Below, in pieces: positions 48,989-58,417 of a stretch of DNA of 60,745 nt; the stretch's first letter is position 1; every line of letters begins with the position of its first letter. Where the stretch lies: IMG/VR virus record IMGVR_UViG_3300042870_000870, one strand, 5' to 3'. The stretch is from an uncultured virus (IMG/VR IMGVR_UViG_3300042870_000870) (lineage: Duplodnaviria > Heunggongvirae > Uroviricota > Caudoviricetes). Made by a program: the position numbers and the translations under genes. The notes under the pieces were generated by a model. That model was given only the letters and a program-made list of their open reading frames with translations, ran no database searches and was not told the origin of the DNA.

Positions 48989-50194
48989 TTATAAAAATCT
49001 TTTAAAGTTATTTTTAATATTTTTGATAGATTCATTCATTAAAGAATCTTGTTCCTCCACCTCTTCAGGTTTTGTAACTTTGACTTTTTCTTTGTCTTTA
49101 TCTTCCAATTGGTCAATATCAAATTTTTCTTCTTCATTTGTGTCACCAGCGTATGTATGACGACGTTCCATAATGGTCTTTAATTGTGACTCACTAATTT
49201 TTATTTTCTTGCTCATTTTTTTATTTGTTTTATTTTCTGTTAATTCTTTATCTTTAAATGTTTTACTATATTCAGTACTATCAATCATACCACCTCTTTC
49301 TTTAACCCAAGTTAATGCGACATTTGTATCATCTGTATAGGTTATATTACCCTTTGCAAATGATTTTATTTTATCACAAAGTTGTTTAAACATTTTATGA
49401 TATTCCTTCCATTGTCTTAATTCAGGTTCATTTAATTCTCTCCTCTCTGTTATTTTATCAAGTGTTAGATAGTCCGACAACCATTTGTGTTCAGAACTAC
49501 CGTAACCGTAACTGCTAACGTTGTTAATAGTTAATAGAACATCTTTAACTTCAAATTGCTGTATTAATATTTCATTATAACTACTTCCTCTTTCTCTCGT
49601 TACAAACTTTTCAATCTCATCTCTATGTCGTTTGATAAAATCTTCCACAATTTTACTATATAGCGCCACATATCTAATTGTGGCATCTCTATCACTTAAT
49701 AAAGGTTTAGGATTGAATTTATTAAAACTTGAAATTGATTCATTAAATTCATTAGTTAAACTTGTGGGAATAACATTATAGTATTGTAACCATCTTCTAC
49801 CCCACTCATCAGGAATACTCATAATATCAGAGGTACCCTTAAATAAAGCGGTACCAATCAATTCGTATATTATTCCACCTTCGGTTTGAATTCCCCCCAT
49901 AGACCTTAATTGGCTACTACTCATGTAGGTAAATGAAGACAATGGCTTTTTTTGGTTAGGACCCACTAAACTCGCTATCTGATCAATACGATTAACCGCA
50001 CTGATATGAAATGTTTTCATTTTTAAATCACCAAAAAGAGTTTTACCAATTGATGGGGTTATTCTAATATTTTTCTCACCGATGTGTCTCAAAGTATCCC
50101 TCAAATGGGCAACAGAAAATTTACCTTCGGTATCCTCTAATTGTAATTCCCTCACTATACTTTTATATTCTTCTTCGGATATTGTAAACGACAT
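48989..50194 (-). CDS. Leader-motif protein, possibly with an internal start at 49216
   Basis: N-terminal ISEEEYKSIV and an internal MSKKIKISESQLKTIME. Confidence 0.7.
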   Translation of the reverse strand: MSFTISEEEYKSIVRELQLEDTEGKFSVAHLRDTLRHIGEKNIRITPSIGKTLFGDLKMKTFHISAVNRIDQIASLVGPNQKKPLSSFTYMSSSQLRSMGGIQTEGGIIYELIGTALFKGTSDIMSIPDEWGRRWLQYYNVIPTSLTNEFNESISSFNKFNPKPLLSDRDATIRYVALYSKIVEDFIKRHRDEIEKFVTRERGSSYNEILIQQFEVKDVLLTINNVSSYGYGSSEHKWLSDYLTLDKITERRELNEPELRQWKEYHKMFKQLCDKIKSFAKGNITYTDDTNVALTWVKERGGMIDSTEYSKTFKDKELTENKTNKKMSKKIKISESQLKTIMERRHTYAGDTNEEEKFDIDQLEDKDKEKVKVTKPEEVEEQDSLMNESIKNIKNNFKRFL

Positions 50195-50399
50195 AATGTT
50201 TTTGTATACTATAAATACTTAATTTTTATAAAAAAGGGATATGAGTAGCGAATTCATATCCCCACGGGATTAGTAACTAGTCCCGGCCCTAAGTCGAGTC
50301 TTCAAACTCGAGGTATCTTTAGTTTAAACTATAATCCTTTTATACCAATAAATACCTATGAGGCATAAAAAAACCCCACGATGTAGGGTTTTAATTTTC

Positions 50400-50669
50400 T
50401 TACCAAGTATCGTTGAGATGAAAGTTATCTCGAGCGATTACCATGTGTTTAAGATGTTTTACCATCTCATCATCGGCTCGTCTAACCGCCTCTCCAAGTT
50501 TATCTGCCAATACCGCTTGGGTGAAGTCTCCTCCGTACCAAACTTCGTCTCTTGTCATTAACATGGATATCATTACATCTTTTACGTGTGATGATAGTTC
50601 CCATCGATAATCGACACATTTTTGGTCAACTAAATCTTGATACTGAGGTCGTGGGTCATTTACTAACAT
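50400..50669 (-). CDS. Hypothetical protein
   Basis: GGDFTQAVLADKL..A..RAD; host-type promoter upstream. Confidence 0.65.
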   Translation of the reverse strand: MLVNDPRPQYQDLVDQKCVDYRWELSSHVKDVMISMLMTRDEVWYGGDFTQAVLADKLGEAVRRADDEMVKHLKHMVIARDNFHLNDTW

Positions 50670-50728
50670 ATTACATATCTTTTGGTGAAATACAAATATA
50701 GGAATAATAAATTAAACCACCAAATAAA

Positions 50729-51376
50729 TTAAATGGTATTGAAGAAATTATCTAACTCTTCTTTCTCTTCAGGATTTAGACTACCTGATATCATCCCCAT
50801 AAGTCCTTGTAATTGTTTGAAATATAGTTTGTTACCAAAGAATCGTTTTGTGTGTGTACCAACATCCTCATAACCAAAAGTAACACTACCATCATCATTT
50901 ACCTTAGTTTCAGCGTACCCAAATTCAGATGGGGGTATCATTGGGAATAACTTCTTTACCAATATGGCAGGTGGGGTTAAAAATCCAAATTTTCTTGTTA
51001 ACATGTCAATAATTTCATCTGTTGCCATTCCCCAAAATGGTGCTGCTAAATCACTTATCTCCTTGCCACCCAAAAAAATACTTCTAGGGTCGCCAGCTGA
51101 ACCTGTTAATTTATAATCACCACTAGTTTGTTTACGAGCAGCAATAAATCCTTTGTTCTTTATACCAAAGAATGTCCATTGACTCGCTTTATTTTGAAAC
51201 TTACTCTCAGTCCAAGAAGAACCTGTACTTTTTTCATATGAAGTTTTAAATAATTCATATGCGGTATGTCTTTCATCTGGTGTTAAATCATAAAACGAGA
51301 ACATTTCTTCATTAAGAAGTCCACATTCTTTCATTAGTATATTAACATATTGCTCCTCTGTGATTTGTACTTTCAT
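50729..51376 (-). CDS. Leader-motif hypothetical protein
   Basis: MKVQITEEQYVNIL...LLNEE. Confidence 0.65.
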   Translation of the reverse strand: MKVQITEEQYVNILMKECGLLNEEMFSFYDLTPDERHTAYELFKTSYEKSTGSSWTESKFQNKASQWTFFGIKNKGFIAARKQTSGDYKLTGSAGDPRSIFLGGKEISDLAAPFWGMATDEIIDMLTRKFGFLTPPAILVKKLFPMIPPSEFGYAETKVNDDGSVTFGYEDVGTHTKRFFGNKLYFKQLQGLMGMISGSLNPEEKEELDNFFNTI

Positions 51377-51389
51377 GTATATAAATGTT

Positions 51390-51701
51390 TTACTTATGTT
51401 TGATGATTAACTCACCCAACACCTCTAATTTTCCCATTAATCTTTGAAACCCAACTTGGTCCATATCGGATGATAATCCCTTTAAAAGTGTCTTAAATTC
51501 CTTTTTGGCCTCATCCAAATTAAACTTACCTTCCGAAGCGTTCTTATAATATGGTAACTTAACCACAAAGTGATGGTACGTTAACATTGACGGACCACCT
51601 TTTTCATGTGCAGAATCTGCAATTTTACTTGCTCCACCCATTCTTTTTTCGGCAAACGCATCAAATGATTTAGATTCGTTTAGTAAATCGTATAATTTCA
51701 T
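51390..51701 (-). CDS. Hypothetical protein with MKLYDLLNE leader
   Basis: ORF; TATTTATA at 51705. Confidence 0.65.
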   Translation of the reverse strand: MKLYDLLNESKSFDAFAEKRMGGASKIADSAHEKGGPSMLTYHHFVVKLPYYKNASEGKFNLDEAKKEFKTLLKGLSSDMDQVGFQRLMGKLEVLGELIIKHK

Positions 51702-51887
51702 GTATATAAATACTTACATTTTAATCTTAATGATTAAAATTAACATAATGATGTAAGGTCTTACTAAATAACCTAACGCAAATCCAAATAATAATTTTTC
51801 CATATCATAATATATGAAAAATAATGGACATTACCAAACAAAAAAACCCTCCATAGGAGGGTTTTTTTATAATATAATTTATATGAA

Positions 51888-52421
51888 TTAACCTATGTCA
51901 ACTCTTACAGTCTCCGCCATATTAGATTGAACACCAGATCCAGCAGATGCGAATTGAGGTGTTTTATCAATTGTTGTACAAGCTGCAGTCGTTTTAACTA
52001 ATTCGGTAAATGGAGGACAATATAACGTTCCTAAACCTTTACCACCTTCACCCACGGCTACAAGTCCATTAGGTGCTTTACAATCAAATCTTAAAACTTG
52101 AATTGCTCCCATACTATCCTGAGGAGTTGCAGCACCACCTGTAGAAGTTACGAATGCCAAATCTTTTACATAAAAAAAGAAAACGCCCACACTATTGGTA
52201 GATGCTCCAATATTTGTAACATTCACAATGTGACTTTTCTGAGTTTTACCCATATCCAAGTATAATTGAACATTCTTACCGACAAATGTTTTGCTTAACT
52301 CAGTTGCTTTTTGTTTATTTACATCACCCGCAGCAGCAGGGTCTGCAGTTTGTTCTTTAACGACCTTACTGATGTATTGTTTCAATTCAGCTTCTGTAAG
52401 TCTTATAACGTTTTTCTTCAT
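51888..52421 (-). CDS. Leader-motif hypothetical protein
   Basis: MKKNVIRLTEAELKQYISKVVKEQ. Confidence 0.7.
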   Translation of the reverse strand: MKKNVIRLTEAELKQYISKVVKEQTADPAAAGDVNKQKATELSKTFVGKNVQLYLDMGKTQKSHIVNVTNIGASTNSVGVFFFYVKDLAFVTSTGGAATPQDSMGAIQVLRFDCKAPNGLVAVGEGGKGLGTLYCPPFTELVKTTAACTTIDKTPQFASAGSGVQSNMAETVRVDIG

Positions 52422-52493
52422 TTTTTAATTTGTTTAGTAATAAATATGTTATGTTTTAAAAAAAATCCTTATGGGTGGGTCAAAAAGAGAAAT

Positions 52494-53084
52494 TTATTTT
52501 TTAGTTGCAATTTGACCTAACGCATCTTCAAGTGATTCAAGTGCTCTGTTTGCCGTTTGTTTCATTCCTTTTAATAGTGCAACACCTTGTGGTTTAACTT
52601 GTTTTGCTGCAATAATCTCATCAATATACTTGCTAAGTCTATATGTACTTGTATACAAATAATCCAAACCAATTTGTTTATCTTTCCCTACGGGAACTAA
52701 TCCTTGTTTAATCGAATCAATTTGTTGATTTAAAAAGGCTACGTTATCGTATTGAGATACTCCAGGTACTTTAAAACTTTGTAATTTTTTATAGTCGTTT
52801 ATGAATATCACCATATTATCCTCAAAAGGTCTTAACGCTCCTTTTACAAAATCCGACATTGCAACCGTACCATATTTTGTTATTAATGATTTCACCGCTG
52901 GAGACGCTATAACATCACTCATAAGTGCGCCTCGTCTTAATACTTTAACCTCAGGTGAAATAAATCCTTTCACAAGACGCATAAAAGGATTTTGTTCATT
53001 CAATGGTTTACCATACCCGTATTCAGAATGTTGTTCCAATATTTGTTCTCTCTCTTTGTCTGTTAAATTAAAATTCTTATACAT
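52494..53084 (-). CDS. Leader-motif hypothetical protein
   Basis: FNLTDKEREQILEQH...LNEQ. Confidence 0.7.
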   Translation of the reverse strand: MYKNFNLTDKEREQILEQHSEYGYGKPLNEQNPFMRLVKGFISPEVKVLRRGALMSDVIASPAVKSLITKYGTVAMSDFVKGALRPFEDNMVIFINDYKKLQSFKVPGVSQYDNVAFLNQQIDSIKQGLVPVGKDKQIGLDYLYTSTYRLSKYIDEIIAAKQVKPQGVALLKGMKQTANRALESLEDALGQIATKK

Positions 53085-53179
53085 TATAAATTCGGTTTAA
53101 TATTATATAAATATTAGATGTTCACAAAAAAAATCCCGGCGGACGAAACCCAAACCTGATACCGGCATATGAGGTTCAA

Positions 53180-53413
53180 TTATATGGGAATAACACAAAG
53201 ACGTTCAAATTCGTCCTCCCTTAATGCAAATGTTTGTTCGTGGTGACCATTAAGAGATTTAAGATGAACCAAATACAGACCCAATCTACTTTTCTCCACA
53301 TCAATGTTTTGTCCGGGGATAAACCCCAAATCCATAAGACGAAGTCTTAAACATGGTTTACAATTATAGCAGGGATTGTTTTCAACTACATCCGATATCT
53401 GGTAATGTGTCAT
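53180..53413 (-). CDS. FeoA-domain protein
   Basis: LRLRLMDLGFIPGQNIDV...FALREDE is the FeoA SH3-like signature. Confidence 0.75.
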   Translation of the reverse strand: MTHYQISDVVENNPCYNCKPCLRLRLMDLGFIPGQNIDVEKSRLGLYLVHLKSLNGHHEQTFALREDEFERLCVIPI

Positions 53414-54144
53414 TATGGTTGTTTATCGTACCACTTTTTTAATGAACTCATATAACCAGCGGTCATATGGTCCTTAATGTTCTTTCCGGTGAACATGGAT
53501 TTAATGTAGTTCCATGCACGTTCCCAGTCAATCATAAATTTCTTTATATTACCCTCGTGGTCGATTCGTAACATGTAATTGACGTGATAGTACCCAATGG
53601 ATGGAGAATGTGTCACCACGTCGTTATTATGGACGATTCTGAGGGTTTTAATCTTGCGGGTGTCATAGTTGTTCTTAAAGGTCTTATTACCGACCCTTGG
53701 ACTTCCTATGGTACAACATTCGATGGTGGTATCTGTGAACACGTGGGAAAGGTTATAAGCACACAACGTAGCAACAGCAGCACCCAAACTATGACCACAC
53801 ACAACAATCTTATTATACCCACTCATCTTGGTAATATCTTTAAGGATTACGTTCTTTACAGCATCCCAAGAAGACTTGAAACCAATATGTACCTTATCAC
53901 CTTCGTTGATGAAAGGAACCTTATCGATGGACACATCATTCTGAGCATCCTTTTTACTTGACGTTCCCCTGAAGACCACATAGAGTGACTTCCCTTTCAT
54001 GGCAACAAACGCTTGGGTATCTGATTTCTTATCATCAACCCACTTAACGGATTTAAGTCCGAGGGAGTTGAAGTCAATGTCTTTTTGGTCTTTATATACA
54101 ACGTCACATAATTGAACGTTATAGATTACTTCGTCTTTATTCAT
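53413..54144 (-). CDS. Class 3 lipase
   Basis: VVFRGT, VHIGF, GHSLGAAVA, GSPRVGN and NDVV motifs. Probable start is MNKDE at 54144. Confidence 0.9.
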   Translation of the reverse strand: MNKDEVIYNVQLCDVVYKDQKDIDFNSLGLKSVKWVDDKKSDTQAFVAMKGKSLYVVFRGTSSKKDAQNDVSIDKVPFINEGDKVHIGFKSSWDAVKNVILKDITKMSGYNKIVVCGHSLGAAVATLCAYNLSHVFTDTTIECCTIGSPRVGNKTFKNNYDTRKIKTLRIVHNNDVVTHSPSIGYYHVNYMLRIDHEGNIKKFMIDWERAWNYIKSMFTGKNIKDHMTAGYMSSLKKWYDKQP

Positions 54145-54148
54145 AGTA

Positions 54149-54388
54149 TTATTGTCTTGATGGGTATACACCCTGTACACAGATTATGTATCTCATACCA
54201 ACGATCGGTGATTGTAACTTCGGTAATGAGAATTGTGTTTGGTTGTCACCACCATACGTAATTCCCAATAATGAATACAATGCTTCGTTTTGTGTAATTG
54301 GTAATGATTGTCCATTACATTCCATGTATCCTTGGGGAATGAAATTCCCGGCAAATAATTTAATCGACCCTATTAATTCGTCTTCCAT
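54149..54388 (-). CDS. Stand-alone phage tail-collar domain protein
   Basis: IGSIKLFAGNFIPQGYMECNGQSL..N.ALYSLLG.TYGGD...F.LP; YIICVQGVYP. Confidence 0.85.
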   Translation of the reverse strand: MEDELIGSIKLFAGNFIPQGYMECNGQSLPITQNEALYSLLGITYGGDNQTQFSLPKLQSPIVGMRYIICVQGVYPSRQ

Positions 54389-54442
54389 AGTATATAAATA
54401 TTATTGATTACGTATCTATGTATGTTTTCTTGTAGGTTCATA

Positions 54443-54994
54443 TTAATCGTCAAAACATTTTATGTTTCCGTCTTTATCAATACCGAACTGCCATTCATGT
54501 ACATCACCACCCAATACCCCACGAAGACAATAAATAAATTTGTTCATAAAATCTAACATTTCGGTATCATGTTTTTCTAACAACTCAACCGATTTACTAT
54601 ACGCCTTCTCAAATCTCTCCTTAGATTTATTAACATACCACATAAAGAATTTATCAATATTCAGACTTTCTAATGTATCTTCCAATTTTCTAAAATTAGA
54701 TAAAAATTTCTTTGTATCAAGTCTTTCCATAATTGCCACACCACTATACCATTCATCTCCATTATAATGTTTTACTTTAAAAATTTTTACATATATATCA
54801 GGATATTTTTCACTTCGTTCTTTTTCATCCATCAACATCCCATATGGACCAATCTTTAAAACCAAATCTGAATTTATTGTTGATCGATACGCAATTTTTT
54901 CTTGTCCTCTACCCAAGGCTCTTTTTTTCTTTGTTTTGATTTCATCCAACCCCATCACCTGTTTAATCCTATGTATATTCTCTTGTAGGTTCAT
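54443..54994 (-). CDS. Protein-kinase-like fold protein with MNLQENI leader
   Basis: LGRGQEKIAY, VLK, IMERL, GDVHEWQFG and KCFD motifs. Confidence 0.65.
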   Translation of the reverse strand: MNLQENIHRIKQVMGLDEIKTKKKRALGRGQEKIAYRSTINSDLVLKIGPYGMLMDEKERSEKYPDIYVKIFKVKHYNGDEWYSGVAIMERLDTKKFLSNFRKLEDTLESLNIDKFFMWYVNKSKERFEKAYSKSVELLEKHDTEMLDFMNKFIYCLRGVLGGDVHEWQFGIDKDGNIKCFDD

Positions 54995-55501
54995 TATACT
55001 TTTGTCAAATTAATTTCAACACCACTACCCACTTTTATTTCTGCACTTGACCCCTTATTATTATGTAATTGAACAAGGGCAGCATTTAGTTTATCCACAG
55101 GTACTCTTATTTGTAACCACCCGTCTTGTGACAAGGCACGACTTGATATTAACTTTTTCATTATTCCTGCTACCGTATTATTCTTTGGCATTACTTCACC
55201 TATCAATTCCCCACTCCCCCTATTTCTTCTAACATTTCTAAGTGTAATGTCAAAATTAATGAACCCATAAGAACCAGAAAGTTTATAGGAGAATTTTGAG
55301 TTAGGGATTTCATTCCCATCCTCACCTCTTCTTGTTAAGTAAATGATGTTTGTATTGTTGGTCCCACCGATTGGATTATACCCCATATTTGTTTTTTTTT
55401 GTTAATGTATCAGTCGTGGGAAACATGGATATAAATCCCAATTTAGGTTGCTCCATTAACATCATCTCTTTTATTCTTGATATATTCTCTTGTAGGTTCA
55501 T
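54994..55501 (-). pseudogene. MNLQENI-leader gene split by a frameshift at an A9 tract
   Basis: The ORF from the ATG at 55501 stops after 41 aa. Removing one A at 55392-55400 joins it to 54994..55386. Confidence 0.6.
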
Positions 55502-55671
55502 TATCTAAAAAATGAGAAACCCTTTTTACGGTTATTAGTTATTATCTCACCAATCTTCTGTTTCATTAGGTCCTCGTTTTTCTCAGGAGTTATTTTGGAC
55601 TTTACCCATTTCTCTTCCATGGCCTTACCGGCCAATTTCATTGCGTTGATTTTATCTGTGTGTTTGCTCAT
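55501..55671 (-). CDS. Small basic hypothetical protein
   Basis: MSKHTDKINAMK...; TATTTATA at 55675. Confidence 0.55.
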   Translation of the reverse strand: MSKHTDKINAMKLAGKAMEEKWVKSKITPEKNEDLMKQKIGEIITNNRKKGFSFFR

Positions 55672-55743
55672 ATGTATAAATATTACCAAAAAATTCTGGA
55701 AATTTTTTTTTCACTTTTGAACAATAAAACCTGATTTAAAGAT

Positions 55744-56853
55744 TTAATCGGTTTTCCACCTTCTTTGGTTCTTAGATTGTTCGGACGGAGTTGACCACTT
55801 ACAATTTGATGGTTCATACATTCCATTTGAGTCTATTCTATCAATACTATGTTTTGAGGTCGGTCTTGGACCCATATCCATACAAAAATTAACAAATCCC
55901 TGTCCATTCGGTTCCAACCATCTATCACAAACAATAATACCCCTACCACCATATAGATAGTAGTTATCATTTTCTTTTCTGTAACAACGTCTCTTCATAT
56001 TCTTATAACGAGCGTACATCAGTTCTTTCTCTTTATCATTACTGGTAAATAAACCATTTCTATATGACTTTTCTTTTCGAAGACATCCACAGGATTTTGT
56101 AAATGGAAGAGTTGATCTCCTAATATCTTTAATTGTTCCGCATTCACACTTCACAGTAAAAACCATACTATCACCAGTACCGACTTCAGATATGATGGAT
56201 AATCTATGATGTTTATACCCCACTTTATACTTTCTCTCAGTTGGGGGTTTCTTATTTAATTTTTCTAATTCACGTTTACGTTTATTTTCTTCTATTCTAT
56301 CTAACCGTAATTGTTTATTATGTATTTTTTCTTGTCTACCTAATTCCCACTCCTCTTGCATCTTTATATAACCACATCCACAATCTTTTATTGATTTTTT
56401 AGTTGAGGTTAATTTATTACTAACAACCTCTCTTGTTCCACCACATTCACATTGACATAAGAAAACCCTATTTTTCTCCCCTCCACTAGTAACACGATAA
56501 CCCACAAATTCTAAAACAGTTAACTTATGATACACATTACCCACTTCTATATGTTTAAGTTTCTTTCTTTCTATATTATTTCTGTCTAATACATCAATAA
56601 CCCTTTCACCACCAATACCTAATTCTATCCCTGTTTTTTCGGCGGTACCTAATTCATAGTATTTTGAGATAATGAATTCATCTGTGTATCTTTTTAATTC
56701 CCCAATAACGGGTATATTATGAGAACGAACAATCTTTAATACAGTGGGACTTGATACACCGAATTCTAATCCTGTCTTTACGGCATTACCTGTTTTCTTA
56801 TAACACTCTATAAGTTTTTCTTTATCTATTCTGTTAGTCTTAATATTTTTCAT
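55744..56853 (-). mobile_element. Free-standing HNH homing endonuclease with Zn-binding repeats
   Basis: Two CxCxCG/CECG...(D/S)CGC repeats; YGGRGIIVCDRW and HSIDRIDSNGMYEPSNCKW motifs. Confidence 0.85.
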
Positions 56854-56939
56854 AAAATTTCTGGAAAATTTTTATTGCTAATATACGAAAAAAAGTCAAC
56901 TTTCCAAAAAAATTCTGGAAAAATCCGGAACGCGGCATT

Positions 56940-57040
56940 GACCCCCCTTTTAGACCCCCCCAAAAACCCTTAATTAAGGAGGGATACCGGTAGGGGGGAG
57001 GGGGTACCCTTTATGGGGGGTAGTGGTACACCCCCATCTT
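56940..57040. other. C-run/G-run symmetric element at the strand switch (candidate terminus or origin)
   Basis: C6 and C7 runs, CCTTAATTAAGG palindrome, then G6, G5 and G6 runs. Confidence 0.4.
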
Positions 57041-57105
57041 ATTTAGAATGAAAATAAATTACGATAGTGTTAGGTATTATGGTAATAATATATTAATTTA
57101 GGGGT

Positions 57106-57420
57106 ATGGAAATCACACACCAAGAGTACTTGACCATGAAGGAAATCGTAGGGAGATACGAGAGAACTTCTAACAACCCAAACTTGAAACTTCCTAAGGA
57201 GTTATTAGACAAGGAGGTTTGGAAACTTGAATCTCATAAAGTGTTAGGAACATCGGTACGTTTGTACAATATCCTGACCAACATGGGAATCACTTCGGTG
57301 AAGGACATGATTGAACTTTCAATCAACGACTTCACAAGACAACGTCACTTCGGTAATAAGTGTCTCAAAGAACTTGAAGACATTTACCGACACAACGGAA
57401 TGAAGTTCGTGGAAAAGTAA
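57106..57420 (+). CDS. RNA polymerase alpha-CTD-like protein
   Basis: SVRLYNILTNMGITSVKDMI...RHFGNKCLKEL resembles the alphaCTD pattern SVRxxNxL..GI....NFGKKSLxE. Confidence 0.75.
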   Translation: MEITHQEYLTMKEIVGRYERTSNNPNLKLPKELLDKEVWKLESHKVLGTSVRLYNILTNMGITSVKDMIELSINDFTRQRHFGNKCLKELEDIYRHNGMKFVEK

Positions 57421-57661
57421 TCCACCCACAGAAAGAAAGACCTCAACGAAAGTTGGGGTTTTTTTATGTCCACACGTAACGGTGGGATCACCAGAACAGT
57501 ACAGGGAAGTATAAAACTGGAAACACCAGTGTACCAGGGTAAACCCTTTCCAGTTTTGTATTATTTTAAATCCCACAGGGAAATCTGGGAGTAAAAAAAG
57601 ATTTGGTAAAACAAAAATCATTTTATATCTTCGTTCTATCAATCACCAAAAACAAAGTAAC

Positions 57662-58006
57662 TTGAAAAAAACATTCTACCTTATTACCGAAAAGAATTAC
57701 AACAACGACAACACATTAGATGTCGGTACATTCATTGAAAAGATTATTCTATCAACGGAGTCGGAAGACTTTAAAGAATTTTCAAAAGAAAGTCCAAAGG
57801 GAACATTAAAAGAAACCTTCGACAATTACGAAAATCATTTTATGTTTTACTTCGATGATGTATTAAGAGAACAAAGACAAAACTCACATTTTGAGGAATA
57901 TCAAATTTATAAACATTTATTGTTGGATGAAGAACAATACGAAATGTTGACAAAACAAATGAAAGACATTCCGACAAGAAAAGTGTCAGTAAACGAATTA
58001 GTTTAG
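57662..58006 (+). CDS. Early hypothetical protein (Ala-free)
   Basis: Cassette gene with TTG start; terminator at 58030-58055. Confidence 0.65.
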   Translation: MKKTFYLITEKNYNNDNTLDVGTFIEKIILSTESEDFKEFSKESPKGTLKETFDNYENHFMFYFDDVLREQRQNSHFEEYQIYKHLLLDEEQYEMLTKQMKDIPTRKVSVNELV

Positions 58007-58204
58007 GTTAGTACCCCCACTAACTTGGAACCTCAACGAAAGTTGGGGTTTTTTTATGTCCCGTCTGTACCGAATTCCCCGGGGAACTGGGCAAGGTATA
58101 AAACTGGAAAGGAAAATAATAAAAAAAAATATGTATAAAGTATTGTATATCAACTGACTTGTGTTATATTTGTGTATTGAATTTCACTTTAACCCACACA
58201 CCAA

Positions 58205-58417
58205 ATGGAAAGATTTTTCGATACCTTCGTTCCCACCTTCGTTTTACTTGTTGTTGTCCTTTTCTTAATCCTTACCCTACCACTTCATATTTGGTGGACG
58301 TGGAGAGGTTGGGACATCAAGGGTATGGTTTGGTACTACTCCCTCACGGAGAGTCAACACGTCTCGTGGAAACGTCTCAAAAAATGGAGATACATCCGAG
58401 AACAAAAGGTCGAGTAG
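58205..58417 (+). CDS. Early small membrane protein (Ala-free)
   Basis: Cassette gene after TATATTTG. Confidence 0.7.
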   Translation: MERFFDTFVPTFVLLVVVLFLILTLPLHIWWTWRGWDIKGMVWYYSLTESQHVSWKRLKKWRYIREQKVE

